This document shows positions 56,333-64,000 of a DNA stretch of 64,000 bases, piece by piece. Source of the DNA: an uncultured Chloroflexia bacterium (GTDB taxonomy: Bacteria; Chloroflexota; Dehalococcoidia; GIF9; AB-539-J10); contig CAVYNS010000003.1 of the NCBI GenBank assembly GCA_963769975.1, positions 32,551-96,550 of the forward strand. Reading direction: 5' to 3'. Position numbers and translations under genes: made by a program. The notes beneath the pieces are model-generated. The model was not told the DNA's origin and did no database searches. It saw only the letters and a program-made list of their open reading frames with translations. Position 1 is the stretch's first letter, and each line of letters opens with the position of its first letter.

Positions 56333-57688
56333 TTAATGTCGTTTAGTATTTAGTGCTTGCTGCAAAGTTTGCCAGAAGGCCGGATATGATACCTGCGCCA
56401 CCTGGGCATGCTTGATGGTTGTTTCTCCTCTGGCTACCAGACCGGCTACTGCCAGGCTCATCGCCAATCGGTGGTCAAGATGGCTATCAACCTCTGTGCC
56501 GGACAAAGGTCTACCACCATAGATGACCATACCATCCGACAGAGGCTCAATTTTAGCACCCAGGCGAGAAAGCTCGCTTGCCACAGTAGCAATCCTGTCT
56601 GATTCCTTCACCCTCAGTTCCCCAGCATCCTTGATTACAGTTTTTCCCTTAGCAACACAGCCAGCTACGGCTAACACGGGAATCTCGTCAATGAGACGAG
56701 GAATAATATCGCCACCAACCTCTATCCCCGTTAATTCACTAGATTCTACCACAATATCGGCTAAAGGTTCACCAGCCTCCAGTCGCTCATTTTCTATTTT
56801 TAAATTGGCTCCCATAGCTAGAAGAATATCGATAATTCCTGTTCGTGTGGGATTGATTCCACAATCCCTTATGACTATCTTGGCGTCAGGGTGAATAGCT
56901 GCGGCGACTAGAAAGTAGGCTGCTGAGCTGATGTCACCCGGGACGCACAGATTGATGGGAGTTAAGGGGCTGCCCAAAGGCAGCAAGGAAATCGAATTCC
57001 CCTGACTTTCCAAGCTGGCTCCCATCTGTTTAAGCATCCTTTCCGTATGGTCCCGGGAAAGGATTTTTTGGTGCAAGACGGTGTTGCCGCGGGCAAAAAG
57101 ACCGGCTAGTAGAATGGCTGACTTAATCTGAGCACTGGGAACAGGCAAGGTAAAATCTATGCCCCGTAACTTTTTCCCCTTAATGACCAGAGGAGCAAAG
57201 GAATCTCGTTCCCTTCCCCAGACCTCAGCGCCCATCAACCTCAGTGGCTCAATCAACCTGCCCATGGGGCGATTACGAAGAGAGGCATCTCCGGTAATAA
57301 TAGATAAGAAAGGCTGGCTGGCCAGAAGACCACCGAGAAGGCGCATTGTAGTGGCGCTATTTTCGGCATCCAGCACATTGCTGGCTTCCTTAAGACCATC
57401 TTCACCAGATCCTGAGACTAATAGAGTAAGTGAGTCCCGCGACCCTTTTCTGCCAATTTTTACCCCCAGGGCTTTGAGACACCTAACTGTGGATAGGCAA
57501 TCTCCCCCGGGAGCAAAATTGTCAATCTCGGCTTCGCCTTTGGCTAGGCTACTCAGGATAACAGCCCGGTGGGAAATAGACTTATCACCAGGTAGAATTA
57601 CCTCCCCTTCCAACCGGGGATAAGGTTTGATGGTTCTTGTTTTCGCACTTGGCGAAGACGGCCTTAAGCCGATAAATTGTTTAGCCAT
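56333..57688 (-). CDS. aroA: 3-phosphoshikimate 1-carboxyvinyltransferase (EPSP synthase)
   Basis: LPGDKSISHRA, NSATTMRLL, LRNRPMGRL, LRVKESDR, DHRLAMS. Confidence 0.95.
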   Translation of the reverse strand: MAKQFIGLRPSSPSAKTRTIKPYPRLEGEVILPGDKSISHRAVILSSLAKGEAEIDNFAPGGDCLSTVRCLKALGVKIGRKGSRDSLTLLVSGSGEDGLKEASNVLDAENSATTMRLLGGLLASQPFLSIITGDASLRNRPMGRLIEPLRLMGAEVWGRERDSFAPLVIKGKKLRGIDFTLPVPSAQIKSAILLAGLFARGNTVLHQKILSRDHTERMLKQMGASLESQGNSISLLPLGSPLTPINLCVPGDISSAAYFLVAAAIHPDAKIVIRDCGINPTRTGIIDILLAMGANLKIENERLEAGEPLADIVVESSELTGIEVGGDIIPRLIDEIPVLAVAGCVAKGKTVIKDAGELRVKESDRIATVASELSRLGAKIEPLSDGMVIYGGRPLSGTEVDSHLDHRLAMSLAVAGLVARGETTIKHAQVAQVSYPAFWQTLQQALNTKRH

Positions 57689-58524
57689 TCTTGTCTCGCT
57701 TTGTTAGCCTCGGTTAAGGCTTGTTCCAGGCGTTTATCCCCATTAGCCACCAGTTGGCGATACCCCTCCAATTCCTGGATGAATTTATCTATCCAATCAA
57801 CTATGGCTTCTTGGTTGCTAAGACAGATATGAGAGTTTACCTCAGGGCTTCCTGAAGCCAGGCGAGTAAGGTCATAGTAGCCGGAGGCCGCCAGCTTGGA
57901 CATTTTAGGCCAGGAAGGATTCTTGGTGGTTAGTGATACCAGAGCTGTTGAGAGCAACATGGGTAGATGACTAATGCCCGCCACTAGGTTGTCATGCTCT
58001 TGAGCGTCAATGAAAAAAGGCCTGGCTCCCAGCTTCTTGACCATGCCTATCACCGTATCTATTGATTTTGGTGAAGCTTTCTCCGATGGGGTGAGACAAT
58101 AAGAGCACCCCCGAAATAGTTCGGCTTTAGCAGCCTGGATGCCGTAAGTTTCCTTCCCAGCCATGGGGTGTCCACCGATGAAATCTACCGTTGGCGGCAG
58201 TATTTCCTCGGCCCATTTCATAACCTGGACTTTGGTGCTAGCGGTATCGGTGACAATGCAACCAGAGGGAAGGTGGGGGGCTATCTTGGAGAAGATTTCC
58301 TTTACCGTGAGAACCGGTGTGGCGATAATGACCAAATCAGCTTGCTTTACTGCATCCGCTAAGTTGGTTTCGCCCCGCTCAATGGCGCCTAAACTTAAGG
58401 CACTGGCTACAGTTTCCCGACGACGGCTATAGCCGACTATTTCCCACCTAGATTTTTTCCCCTGTCTTAAAGCTAACCCGATTGAGCCGCCGATTAATCC
58501 TAAACCGACGATGGTAACCCGCAC
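57664..58524 (-). CDS. tyrA: Prephenate dehydrogenase
   Basis: VTIVGLGLIGGSIGLAL, DTASTK, FIGGHPMAG. Confidence 0.9.
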   Translation of the reverse strand: MRVTIVGLGLIGGSIGLALRQGKKSRWEIVGYSRRRETVASALSLGAIERGETNLADAVKQADLVIIATPVLTVKEIFSKIAPHLPSGCIVTDTASTKVQVMKWAEEILPPTVDFIGGHPMAGKETYGIQAAKAELFRGCSYCLTPSEKASPKSIDTVIGMVKKLGARPFFIDAQEHDNLVAGISHLPMLLSTALVSLTTKNPSWPKMSKLAASGYYDLTRLASGSPEVNSHICLSNQEAIVDWIDKFIQELEGYRQLVANGDKRLEQALTEANKARQEWLNNLSA

Positions 58525-58554
58525 AGTATCATTATAGCAGCGTAAGTCTAGGCT

Positions 58555-58700
58555 GTCATTGCCAACCCTTCTCCTCTTGTCATTCTGAGCCTTTTCATTT
58601 TGTCATTGCGAGCGAAGCGTGGCAATCTCATCAGAGCCTTCGTAGAGAGTCTCTTATGTGCTCCCGCAAATTGAGAGGGGACAAGCCTCTCCCCTACGAA
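58555..58700. repeat. Cluster of GTCATT..GAG repeat units plus a GGACAAGCC-loop hairpin
   Basis: Three direct GTCATT units ~23 bp apart (58555, 58578, 58602). The third reads GTCATTGCGAGCGAAGCGTGGCAATCTC. Hairpin GAGAGG-GGACAAG-CCTCTC lies at 58673-58691. Confidence 0.6.
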
Positions 58701-58853
58701 AGTAGGGTTACTAATGGGTGATTGACGGGAATACAAATGGGTCTTAAACTACGTTCAATTAATTTTAGACTATATTCAGCTAATTTTAGGAAATGTTGAA
58801 TATACCTGTAGAAATAAATGGCCGAATTTATTACAAGATTCCTCGGAGACCTA

Positions 58854-58883
58854 TTGACAAAAGCGCTCCCGGCTGTGTATTAT
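58854..58883 (+). promoter_or_regulatory. Candidate promoter of the large surface-protein gene
   Basis: TTGACA (58854-58859), 18-nt spacer, TATTAT (58878-58883). This implies a ~220-nt 5' UTR. Confidence 0.35.
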
Positions 58884-59105
58884 ACATTACTAAAGTACTA
58901 TCATACGGCTATTATGACTTATTCTTAGCCACATTTAAACACTGAGAAACTAGCATAGCAACCGATCTCAAGAAGGTGAGGGCTGCATTTTGAAGGAGGC
59001 GATGGCTTATAGGAGTGAAATTTGGGCGATGGATAAACTGTGATAATCCAAGTCGAGGAAGCGATAGGACAATAGACAGAAATAATAAAGGGAGGAGAAA
59101 ATGAA

Positions 59106-62100
59106 ATGAAAAGACGAATATTTGGTATCCTGTGTTTGCTGGTGCTGCTGGTGATAGCAGCGCAAACGGCCATACCAGTCCTGGCTGCCCCACCGCATAT
59201 GTACGAAAACTATAACGTCAATGATGACTCAAGTAATAATGTATATGGCGTCAACTGGTATGCCCAAACCTTCACCCCTTCCGTAGCCCATACCATTACC
59301 AGCGTTAAGCTCAAGCTCTACAGGGTCGGCACCACGCCAGGGAATGTCACCGTGAGTATCAGAGCTACTAGCGGCGGACATCCCATTCTCCCCGATTTGT
59401 GCTCGGGCACTATTAACGGCAATTCCCTGACAACCAACACCAGCGGTAACTGGTATGAGATAACCTTTACCAGCGGTTATAACCTTTCCGCCAGCACCAT
59501 GTACGCCATAGTGGTAAGGGCGACAGGCGGTACTTTTTCAAACTACATTGGCTGGCGACGGAGTACTTCAGCGGGTTATGCTGGTGGATGTCGGGAGGAC
59601 AGTGGTACCAGCGGTGCAGACGGAACCTGGACTTCACACACCACCAGGGACATGATGTTTGAGGAGTGGGGCGACCGGGCGCCGGTGCTTAGTGCTATCG
59701 GCAACAAGTCAGTTAACGAGAGCCAGCTCCTGACCTTCAACATCTCGGCTACTGACCCCGATGGCGACTCCTTGACTTATTCAGCCTCCAATCTGCCCTC
59801 AGGAGCCAGCTTTAATGCCACGACCCAAACCTTCTCCTGGACACCGAGCTACACTCAGGCCGGGAACTACACCGGTGTCCATTTTGAGGTTACTGACGGG
59901 AATCTGACTGCCTCTGAGAACATCACCATCACGGTAATCAATGTCAACCGACCGCCAGTGGCTAATAACCAAACTGGTCTGTCGGTTGGTGCCTGTAAGA
60001 CCTTGACTGTAACTCTCAACGGGACCGACCCTGATGGCGATCCCTTGACCTATAAGATTTCCACATTGCCAGCCCACGGCGATTTATACGATGGCACAGG
60101 GACTGGCGGAACCCACATCACATCAGTTAACTATACTGTCACGGATGTAAATCATAAAGTGACCTATCAGCCCAACGGCAGCTACAGCGGTGCTGATAGC
60201 TTTGGCTTTAAGGTCAATGACGGCGCGCTTGACAGCGCTGAAGCTACCATCTCTATTGCAGTCACCAAGCCCACAGCCTCCGCCTCCTCTAACTCACCGG
60301 TCTGTGAGGGAAGCACTATTACCTTAACTGGAGGCCCTGGTGGGATGACGAGCTACAACTGGACCGGGCCGAATGGCTTTAGCAACAGCTTGCAGAGCCC
60401 GACCGTCACCACCAATGCCACCTTCGCAATGGCCGGGAATTATACTTTGACAGTGACTGACAGCAATGGCTGCACTGCCAGCAACACCACCAGTGTGGTG
60501 GTCAACGCCAGGCCCGCAGCCACAGCCTCCTCTAACTCCCCGGTCTGTGAGGGAAGCACTATTACCTTAACTGGAGGTCCTGGTGGAATGACTAGCTACA
60601 ACTGGACCGGGCCGAATGGCTTTAGCAGCAACTCGCAGAGCCCGACCGTCACCACCAATGCCACCTTGGCAATGGCCGGTACCTATACTTTGACAATAAC
60701 CAACAGTAATGGCTGCACTGCCAGCAACACCACCAGTGTGGTGGTCAACGCCAGGCCCGCAGCCACAGCCTCCTCTAACTCCCCGGTCTGTGAGGGAAGC
60801 ACTATTACCTTAACTGGAGGTCCTGGTGGAATGACTAGCTACAACTGGACCGGGCCGAATGGCTTTAGCAGCAACTCGCAGAGCCCGACCGTCACCACCA
60901 ATGCCACCTTGGCAATGGCCGGTACCTATACTTTGACAATAACCAACAGTAATGGCTGCACTGCCAGCAACACCACCAGTGTGGTGGTCAACGCCAGGCC
61001 CACCTGCAGCATAAGCGCTGACCCCGGCATCACGGTCTGTGCCGGCAACAATGTCACCCTGACCGAGGATGGTGGCAATGCTACAAGCTGGCTGTGGACT
61101 ACCGCTGAGACCACAAAATCCATAACGGTAAGCGACAGCGGCACCTATGGCGTCACCATAACCGACGCCAATGGCTGCCAGAGCTACTGTGAGATAGAGA
61201 TAACGGTAAATGCGTTACCTGATTGCCACATAAGTGCCGACCCGGGCATCACGGTCTGTGCCGGCAACAATGTCACCCTGACCGAGGATGGTGGCAATGC
61301 TACAAGCTGGCTGTGGACTACCGCTGAGACCACAAAATCCATAACGGTAAGCACCAGCGGCACCTACGGAGTCACCGTAACCGACAGCAATGGCTGTCAG
61401 AGCTACTGCGAGATAAAGATAACGGTAAATCCGTTACCTGCTTGCAGCATAAGCGCTGACCCGGGCACCACGGTCTGTGCGGGCACGGATGTCACCCTGA
61501 ACGAGACTGGCGGCGATGCCGAAAGCTGGCTGTGGACTACCGCTGAGACCACAAAATCCATAACGGTAAGCACTACCGGCACCTATGGCGTCACCATAAC
61601 CGACGCCAATGGCTGTACTAGCTACTGTGAGATAGAGATAACGGTAAATGCGTTACCTGATTGCCACATAAGTGCCGACCCGGGCATCACGGTCTGTGCC
61701 GGCAACAATGTCACCCTGACCGAGGATGGTGGCAATGCTACAAGCTGGCTGTGGACTACCGCTGAGACCACAAAATCCATAACGGTAAGCGACAGCGGCA
61801 CCTATGGCGTCACCATAACCGACGCCAATGGCTGTACTAGCTACTGTGAGATAGAGATAACGGTAAATGCGTTACCTGCCTGCCACATAAGTGCCGACCC
61901 GGGCATCAAGGTCTGTGCCGGCAACAATGTCACCCTGAACGAGACTGGCGGCGATGCCGAAAGCTGGCTGTGGACTACCGCTGAGACCACACAATCCATA
62001 ACGGTAAGCACCAGCGGCACCTACGGAGTCACCGTAACCGACAGCAATGGCTGTCAGAGCTACTGTGAGATAAAGATAACGGTAAATCCGTTACCTGCTT

Positions 62101-63827
62101 GCAGCATAAGCGCTGACCCGGGCACCACGGTCTGTGCGGGCACGGATGTCACCCTGAACGAGACTGGCGGCGATGCCGAAAGCTGGCTGTGGACTACCGC
62201 TGAGACCACACAATCCATAACGGTAAGCACCAGCGGCACCTACGGAGTCACCGTAACCGACAGCAATGGCTGTCAGAGCTACTGTGAGATAAAGATAACG
62301 GTAAATCCGTTACCTGCCTGCAGCATAAGCGCTGACCCGGGCACCACGGTCTGTGCGGGCACGGATGTCACCCTGAACGAGACTGGCGGCGATGCCGAAA
62401 GCTGGCTGTGGACTACCGCTGAGACCACACAATCCATAACGGTAAGCACCAGCGGCACCTACGGAGTCACCGTAACCGACAGCAATGGCTGTCAGAGCTA
62501 CTGTGAGATAAAGATAACGGTAAATCCGTTACCTGCCTGCAGCATAAGCGCTGACCCGGGCACCACGGTCTGTGCGGGCACGGATGTCACCCTGAACGAG
62601 ACTGGCGGCGATGCCGAAAGCTGGCTGTGGACTACCGCTGAGACCACACAATCCATAACGGTAAGCACCAGCGGCACCTACGGAGTCACCGTAACCGACA
62701 GCAATGGCTGTCAGAGCTACTGTGAGATAAAGATAACGGTAAATCCGTTACCTGCTTGCAGCATAAGCGCTGACCCGGGCACCACGGTCTGTGCGGGCAC
62801 GGATGTCACCCTGAACGAGACTGGCGGCGATGCCGAAAGCTGGCTGTGGACTACCGCTGAGACTACACAATCCATAACGGTAAGCACCAGCGGCACCTAC
62901 GGAGTCACCGTAACCGACAGCAATGGCTGTCAGAGCTACTGTGAGATAAAGATAACGGTAAATCCGTTACCTGCCTGCAGCATAAGCGCTGACCCGGGCA
63001 CCACGGTCTGTGCGGGCACGGATGTCACCCTGAACGAGACTGGCGGCGATGCCGAAAGCTGGCTGTGGACTACCGCTGAGACTACACAATCCATAACGGT
63101 AAGCACCAGCGGCACCTACGGAGTCACCGTAACCGACAGCAATGGCTGTCAGAGCTACTGTGAGATAAAGATAACGGTAAATCCGTTACCTGCCTGCAGC
63201 ATAAGCGCTGACCCGGGCACCACGGTCTGTGCGGGCACGGATGTCACCCTGAACGAGACTGGCGGCGATGCCGAAAGCTGGCTGTGGACTACCGCTGAGA
63301 CTACACAATCCATAACGGTAAGCACCAGCGGCACCTACGGAGTCACCGTAACCGACAGCAATGGCTGTCAGAGCTACTGCGAAATAAAGATAACTGTTTT
63401 GCCTCTACCCGAGGCTGCCTTCCATGCCAGCGACACCAACCCCTATGCTACCGTGGAAATTAACTTCTACGATGACTCCACCGGCACCTACGATTCTTGG
63501 TTCTGGGACTTTGGCGACGGCAGTAACAGCACTGCTCAGAACCCATCCCACGCCTACTCCAGTGCTGGCAACTACACCGTCAGCCTAACTATCAGCGACA
63601 GCTGCGGCAACGACACCGAGACAAAGATTGACTACATAAACGTATGGCCGCATGACATCCTTGACTACTACCGCGGATTGCACGCACCTTACGACAAGGT
63701 TGATACACTGGATCTTCTTACCGCCGCCGATGACTGGAGTGCATATGTGGCGCCACCTGGCTTCGACCAGCCAATCACCACTCTCCAATTACTGCAGCTC
63801 GCTGACGAGTGGATGGCTGGCGGTTGA
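59106..63827 (+). CDS. Large secreted repetitive surface/adhesin-like protein (signal peptide, beta-sandwich N-domain, cadherin/Ig-like domains, 3 + 11 tandem Cys-containing modules, PKD domain, C-terminal duplicated helix motif)
   Basis: Signal peptide MKRRIFGILCLLVLLVIAAQTAIPVLAAP with a GGGAGGAG RBS. A He_PIG/cadherin-like segment reads ATDPDGDSLTYSASNLPSGASFN. A PKD segment reads WDFGDGSNSTAQNPSHAYSSAGNYTVSL. Confidence 0.9.
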   Translation: MKRRIFGILCLLVLLVIAAQTAIPVLAAPPHMYENYNVNDDSSNNVYGVNWYAQTFTPSVAHTITSVKLKLYRVGTTPGNVTVSIRATSGGHPILPDLCSGTINGNSLTTNTSGNWYEITFTSGYNLSASTMYAIVVRATGGTFSNYIGWRRSTSAGYAGGCREDSGTSGADGTWTSHTTRDMMFEEWGDRAPVLSAIGNKSVNESQLLTFNISATDPDGDSLTYSASNLPSGASFNATTQTFSWTPSYTQAGNYTGVHFEVTDGNLTASENITITVINVNRPPVANNQTGLSVGACKTLTVTLNGTDPDGDPLTYKISTLPAHGDLYDGTGTGGTHITSVNYTVTDVNHKVTYQPNGSYSGADSFGFKVNDGALDSAEATISIAVTKPTASASSNSPVCEGSTITLTGGPGGMTSYNWTGPNGFSNSLQSPTVTTNATFAMAGNYTLTVTDSNGCTASNTTSVVVNARPAATASSNSPVCEGSTITLTGGPGGMTSYNWTGPNGFSSNSQSPTVTTNATLAMAGTYTLTITNSNGCTASNTTSVVVNARPAATASSNSPVCEGSTITLTGGPGGMTSYNWTGPNGFSSNSQSPTVTTNATLAMAGTYTLTITNSNGCTASNTTSVVVNARPTCSISADPGITVCAGNNVTLTEDGGNATSWLWTTAETTKSITVSDSGTYGVTITDANGCQSYCEIEITVNALPDCHISADPGITVCAGNNVTLTEDGGNATSWLWTTAETTKSITVSTSGTYGVTVTDSNGCQSYCEIKITVNPLPACSISADPGTTVCAGTDVTLNETGGDAESWLWTTAETTKSITVSTTGTYGVTITDANGCTSYCEIEITVNALPDCHISADPGITVCAGNNVTLTEDGGNATSWLWTTAETTKSITVSDSGTYGVTITDANGCTSYCEIEITVNALPACHISADPGIKVCAGNNVTLNETGGDAESWLWTTAETTQSITVSTSGTYGVTVTDSNGCQSYCEIKITVNPLPACSISADPGTTVCAGTDVTLNETGGDAESWLWTTAETTQSITVSTSGTYGVTVTDSNGCQSYCEIKITVNPLPACSISADPGTTVCAGTDVTLNETGGDAESWLWTTAETTQSITVSTSGTYGVTVTDSNGCQSYCEIKITVNPLPACSISADPGTTVCAGTDVTLNETGGDAESWLWTTAETTQSITVSTSGTYGVTVTDSNGCQSYCEIKITVNPLPACSISADPGTTVCAGTDVTLNETGGDAESWLWTTAETTQSITVSTSGTYGVTVTDSNGCQSYCEIKITVNPLPACSISADPGTTVCAGTDVTLNETGGDAESWLWTTAETTQSITVSTSGTYGVTVTDSNGCQSYCEIKITVNPLPACSISADPGTTVCAGTDVTLNETGGDAESWLWTTAETTQSITVSTSGTYGVTVTDSNGCQSYCEIKITVLPLPEAAFHASDTNPYATVEINFYDDSTGTYDSWFWDFGDGSNSTAQNPSHAYSSAGNYTVSLTISDSCGNDTETKIDYINVWPHDILDYYRGLHAPYDKVDTLDLLTAADDWSAYVAPPGFDQPITTLQLLQLADEWMAGG
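60282..61004 (+). repeat. Three tandem 243-bp coding repeats (81-aa Ig-like modules)
   Basis: Unit starts at 60282, 60525 and 60768. Units 2 and 3 appear nucleotide-identical. The module reads SSNSPVCEGSTITLTGGPGGMTSYNWTGPNGF...NGCTASNTTSVVVNARP. Confidence 0.9.
61005..63413 (+). repeat. Eleven tandem 219-bp coding repeats (73-aa four-Cys modules)
   Basis: Unit starts every 219 bp: 61005, 61224, 61443, 61662, 61881, 62100, 62319, 62538, 62757, 62976, 63195. The last six differ only at a few silent sites. Confidence 0.95.
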
Positions 63828-63863
63828 TGCTGGTTAACGAGATTTTGAAAAGGAGGAGATGAA

Positions 63864-64000
63864 ATGAGAGATATAAAGATAAGAACGGCAGTTGCTTCGG
63901 CCATGGTAGCGGTGATGCTTCTTCTTTCGCTCTTCGGTGTTGCCCTCGCGGCAGGCCCAACGGCTGTTGCGTCTCGGACGATATCCCCCAAGGTAGTGCA
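63864..64000 (+). CDS. Secreted/membrane protein, 3' end beyond the window
   Basis: AAAGGAGGAG RBS then ATG. MRDIKIRTAVASAMVAVMLLLSLFGVALAAGP is signal-peptide-like. Confidence 0.55.
   Translation, partial: MRDIKIRTAVASAMVAVMLLLSLFGVALAAGPTAVASRTISPKVV

Noticed and set aside
58548-59198. Short ORFs in the tyrA / surface-protein intergenic region (58548-58736, 58912-59193, 58925-59173, 59007-59198) and a 13-codon ORF after AAGGAGG at ~59010
   Set aside because: The first is a translation of the GTCATT..GAG repeat cluster (...RFARNDK...). The others overlap the promoter, UTR and signal-peptide region on the wrong strand. The mini-ORF has only 2 nt between SD and ATG.
61005-63413. Regular 219-bp tandem repeats considered as a CRISPR-like or satellite array
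   Set aside because: The units are contiguous with no unique spacers. They are a multiple of 3 in length and stay in one long ORF encoding a Cys-containing protein module.

Overview
The window is a 64 kb bacterial chromosomal segment that is gene-dense on both strands, with roughly 48-50% GC by eye. Gene content suggests an anaerobic Chloroflexota/Dehalococcoidia-like organism: split archaeal-type glutamate synthase, an NrpR-type repressor, SucCD, and GTCATT..GAG 'ARNDK-type' palindromic repeats. This taxonomic call is inference only.

Main blocks:
- 1-4.2 kb: housekeeping genes (aminotransferase, hflX, yggS-like, Xer recombinase).
- 4.2-28.1 kb: a concentration of nitrogen, glutamine and ammonia genes. 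It holds an AsnB-like protein, an LhgO-like oxidoreductase, two GltB-FMN paralogues each preceded by a hisF paralogue, and a frameshifted NrpR-type repressor with a GGAA-N6-TTCC palindrome at its promoter. It also holds pdxT, a purS-purS-purL fusion, purQ, nadE, a split GOGAT operon containing hisH, and amt-glnB-glnA.
- 28.1-39.5 kb: a disrupted acpS, tandem PAC2-family genes, comM/yifB, rplJ-rplL with an attenuator-like leader, a Memo-like gene, rnpB (RNase P RNA) and tRNA-Ser(UGA).
- 39.5-54.4 kb: sucCD, a PabB-like gene carrying an in-frame 153-bp palindromic element, and an acyl-CoA cluster. The cluster holds a carboxyltransferase, two acyl-CoA dehydrogenases, hbd, a thiolase, a crotonase and an HMG-CoA-synthase::DUF35 fusion.
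- 54.6-58.5 kb: remA-gmk and tyrA-aroA.
- 59.1-63.8 kb: a 1573-aa secreted protein built from near-identical tandem modules.

The most interesting signals are the NrpR/operator nitrogen island with the duplicated hisF-gltB pairing, the in-frame palindromic element in pabB, and the mosaic tandem-repeat surface protein. No CRISPR array, rRNA or obvious prophage was seen.
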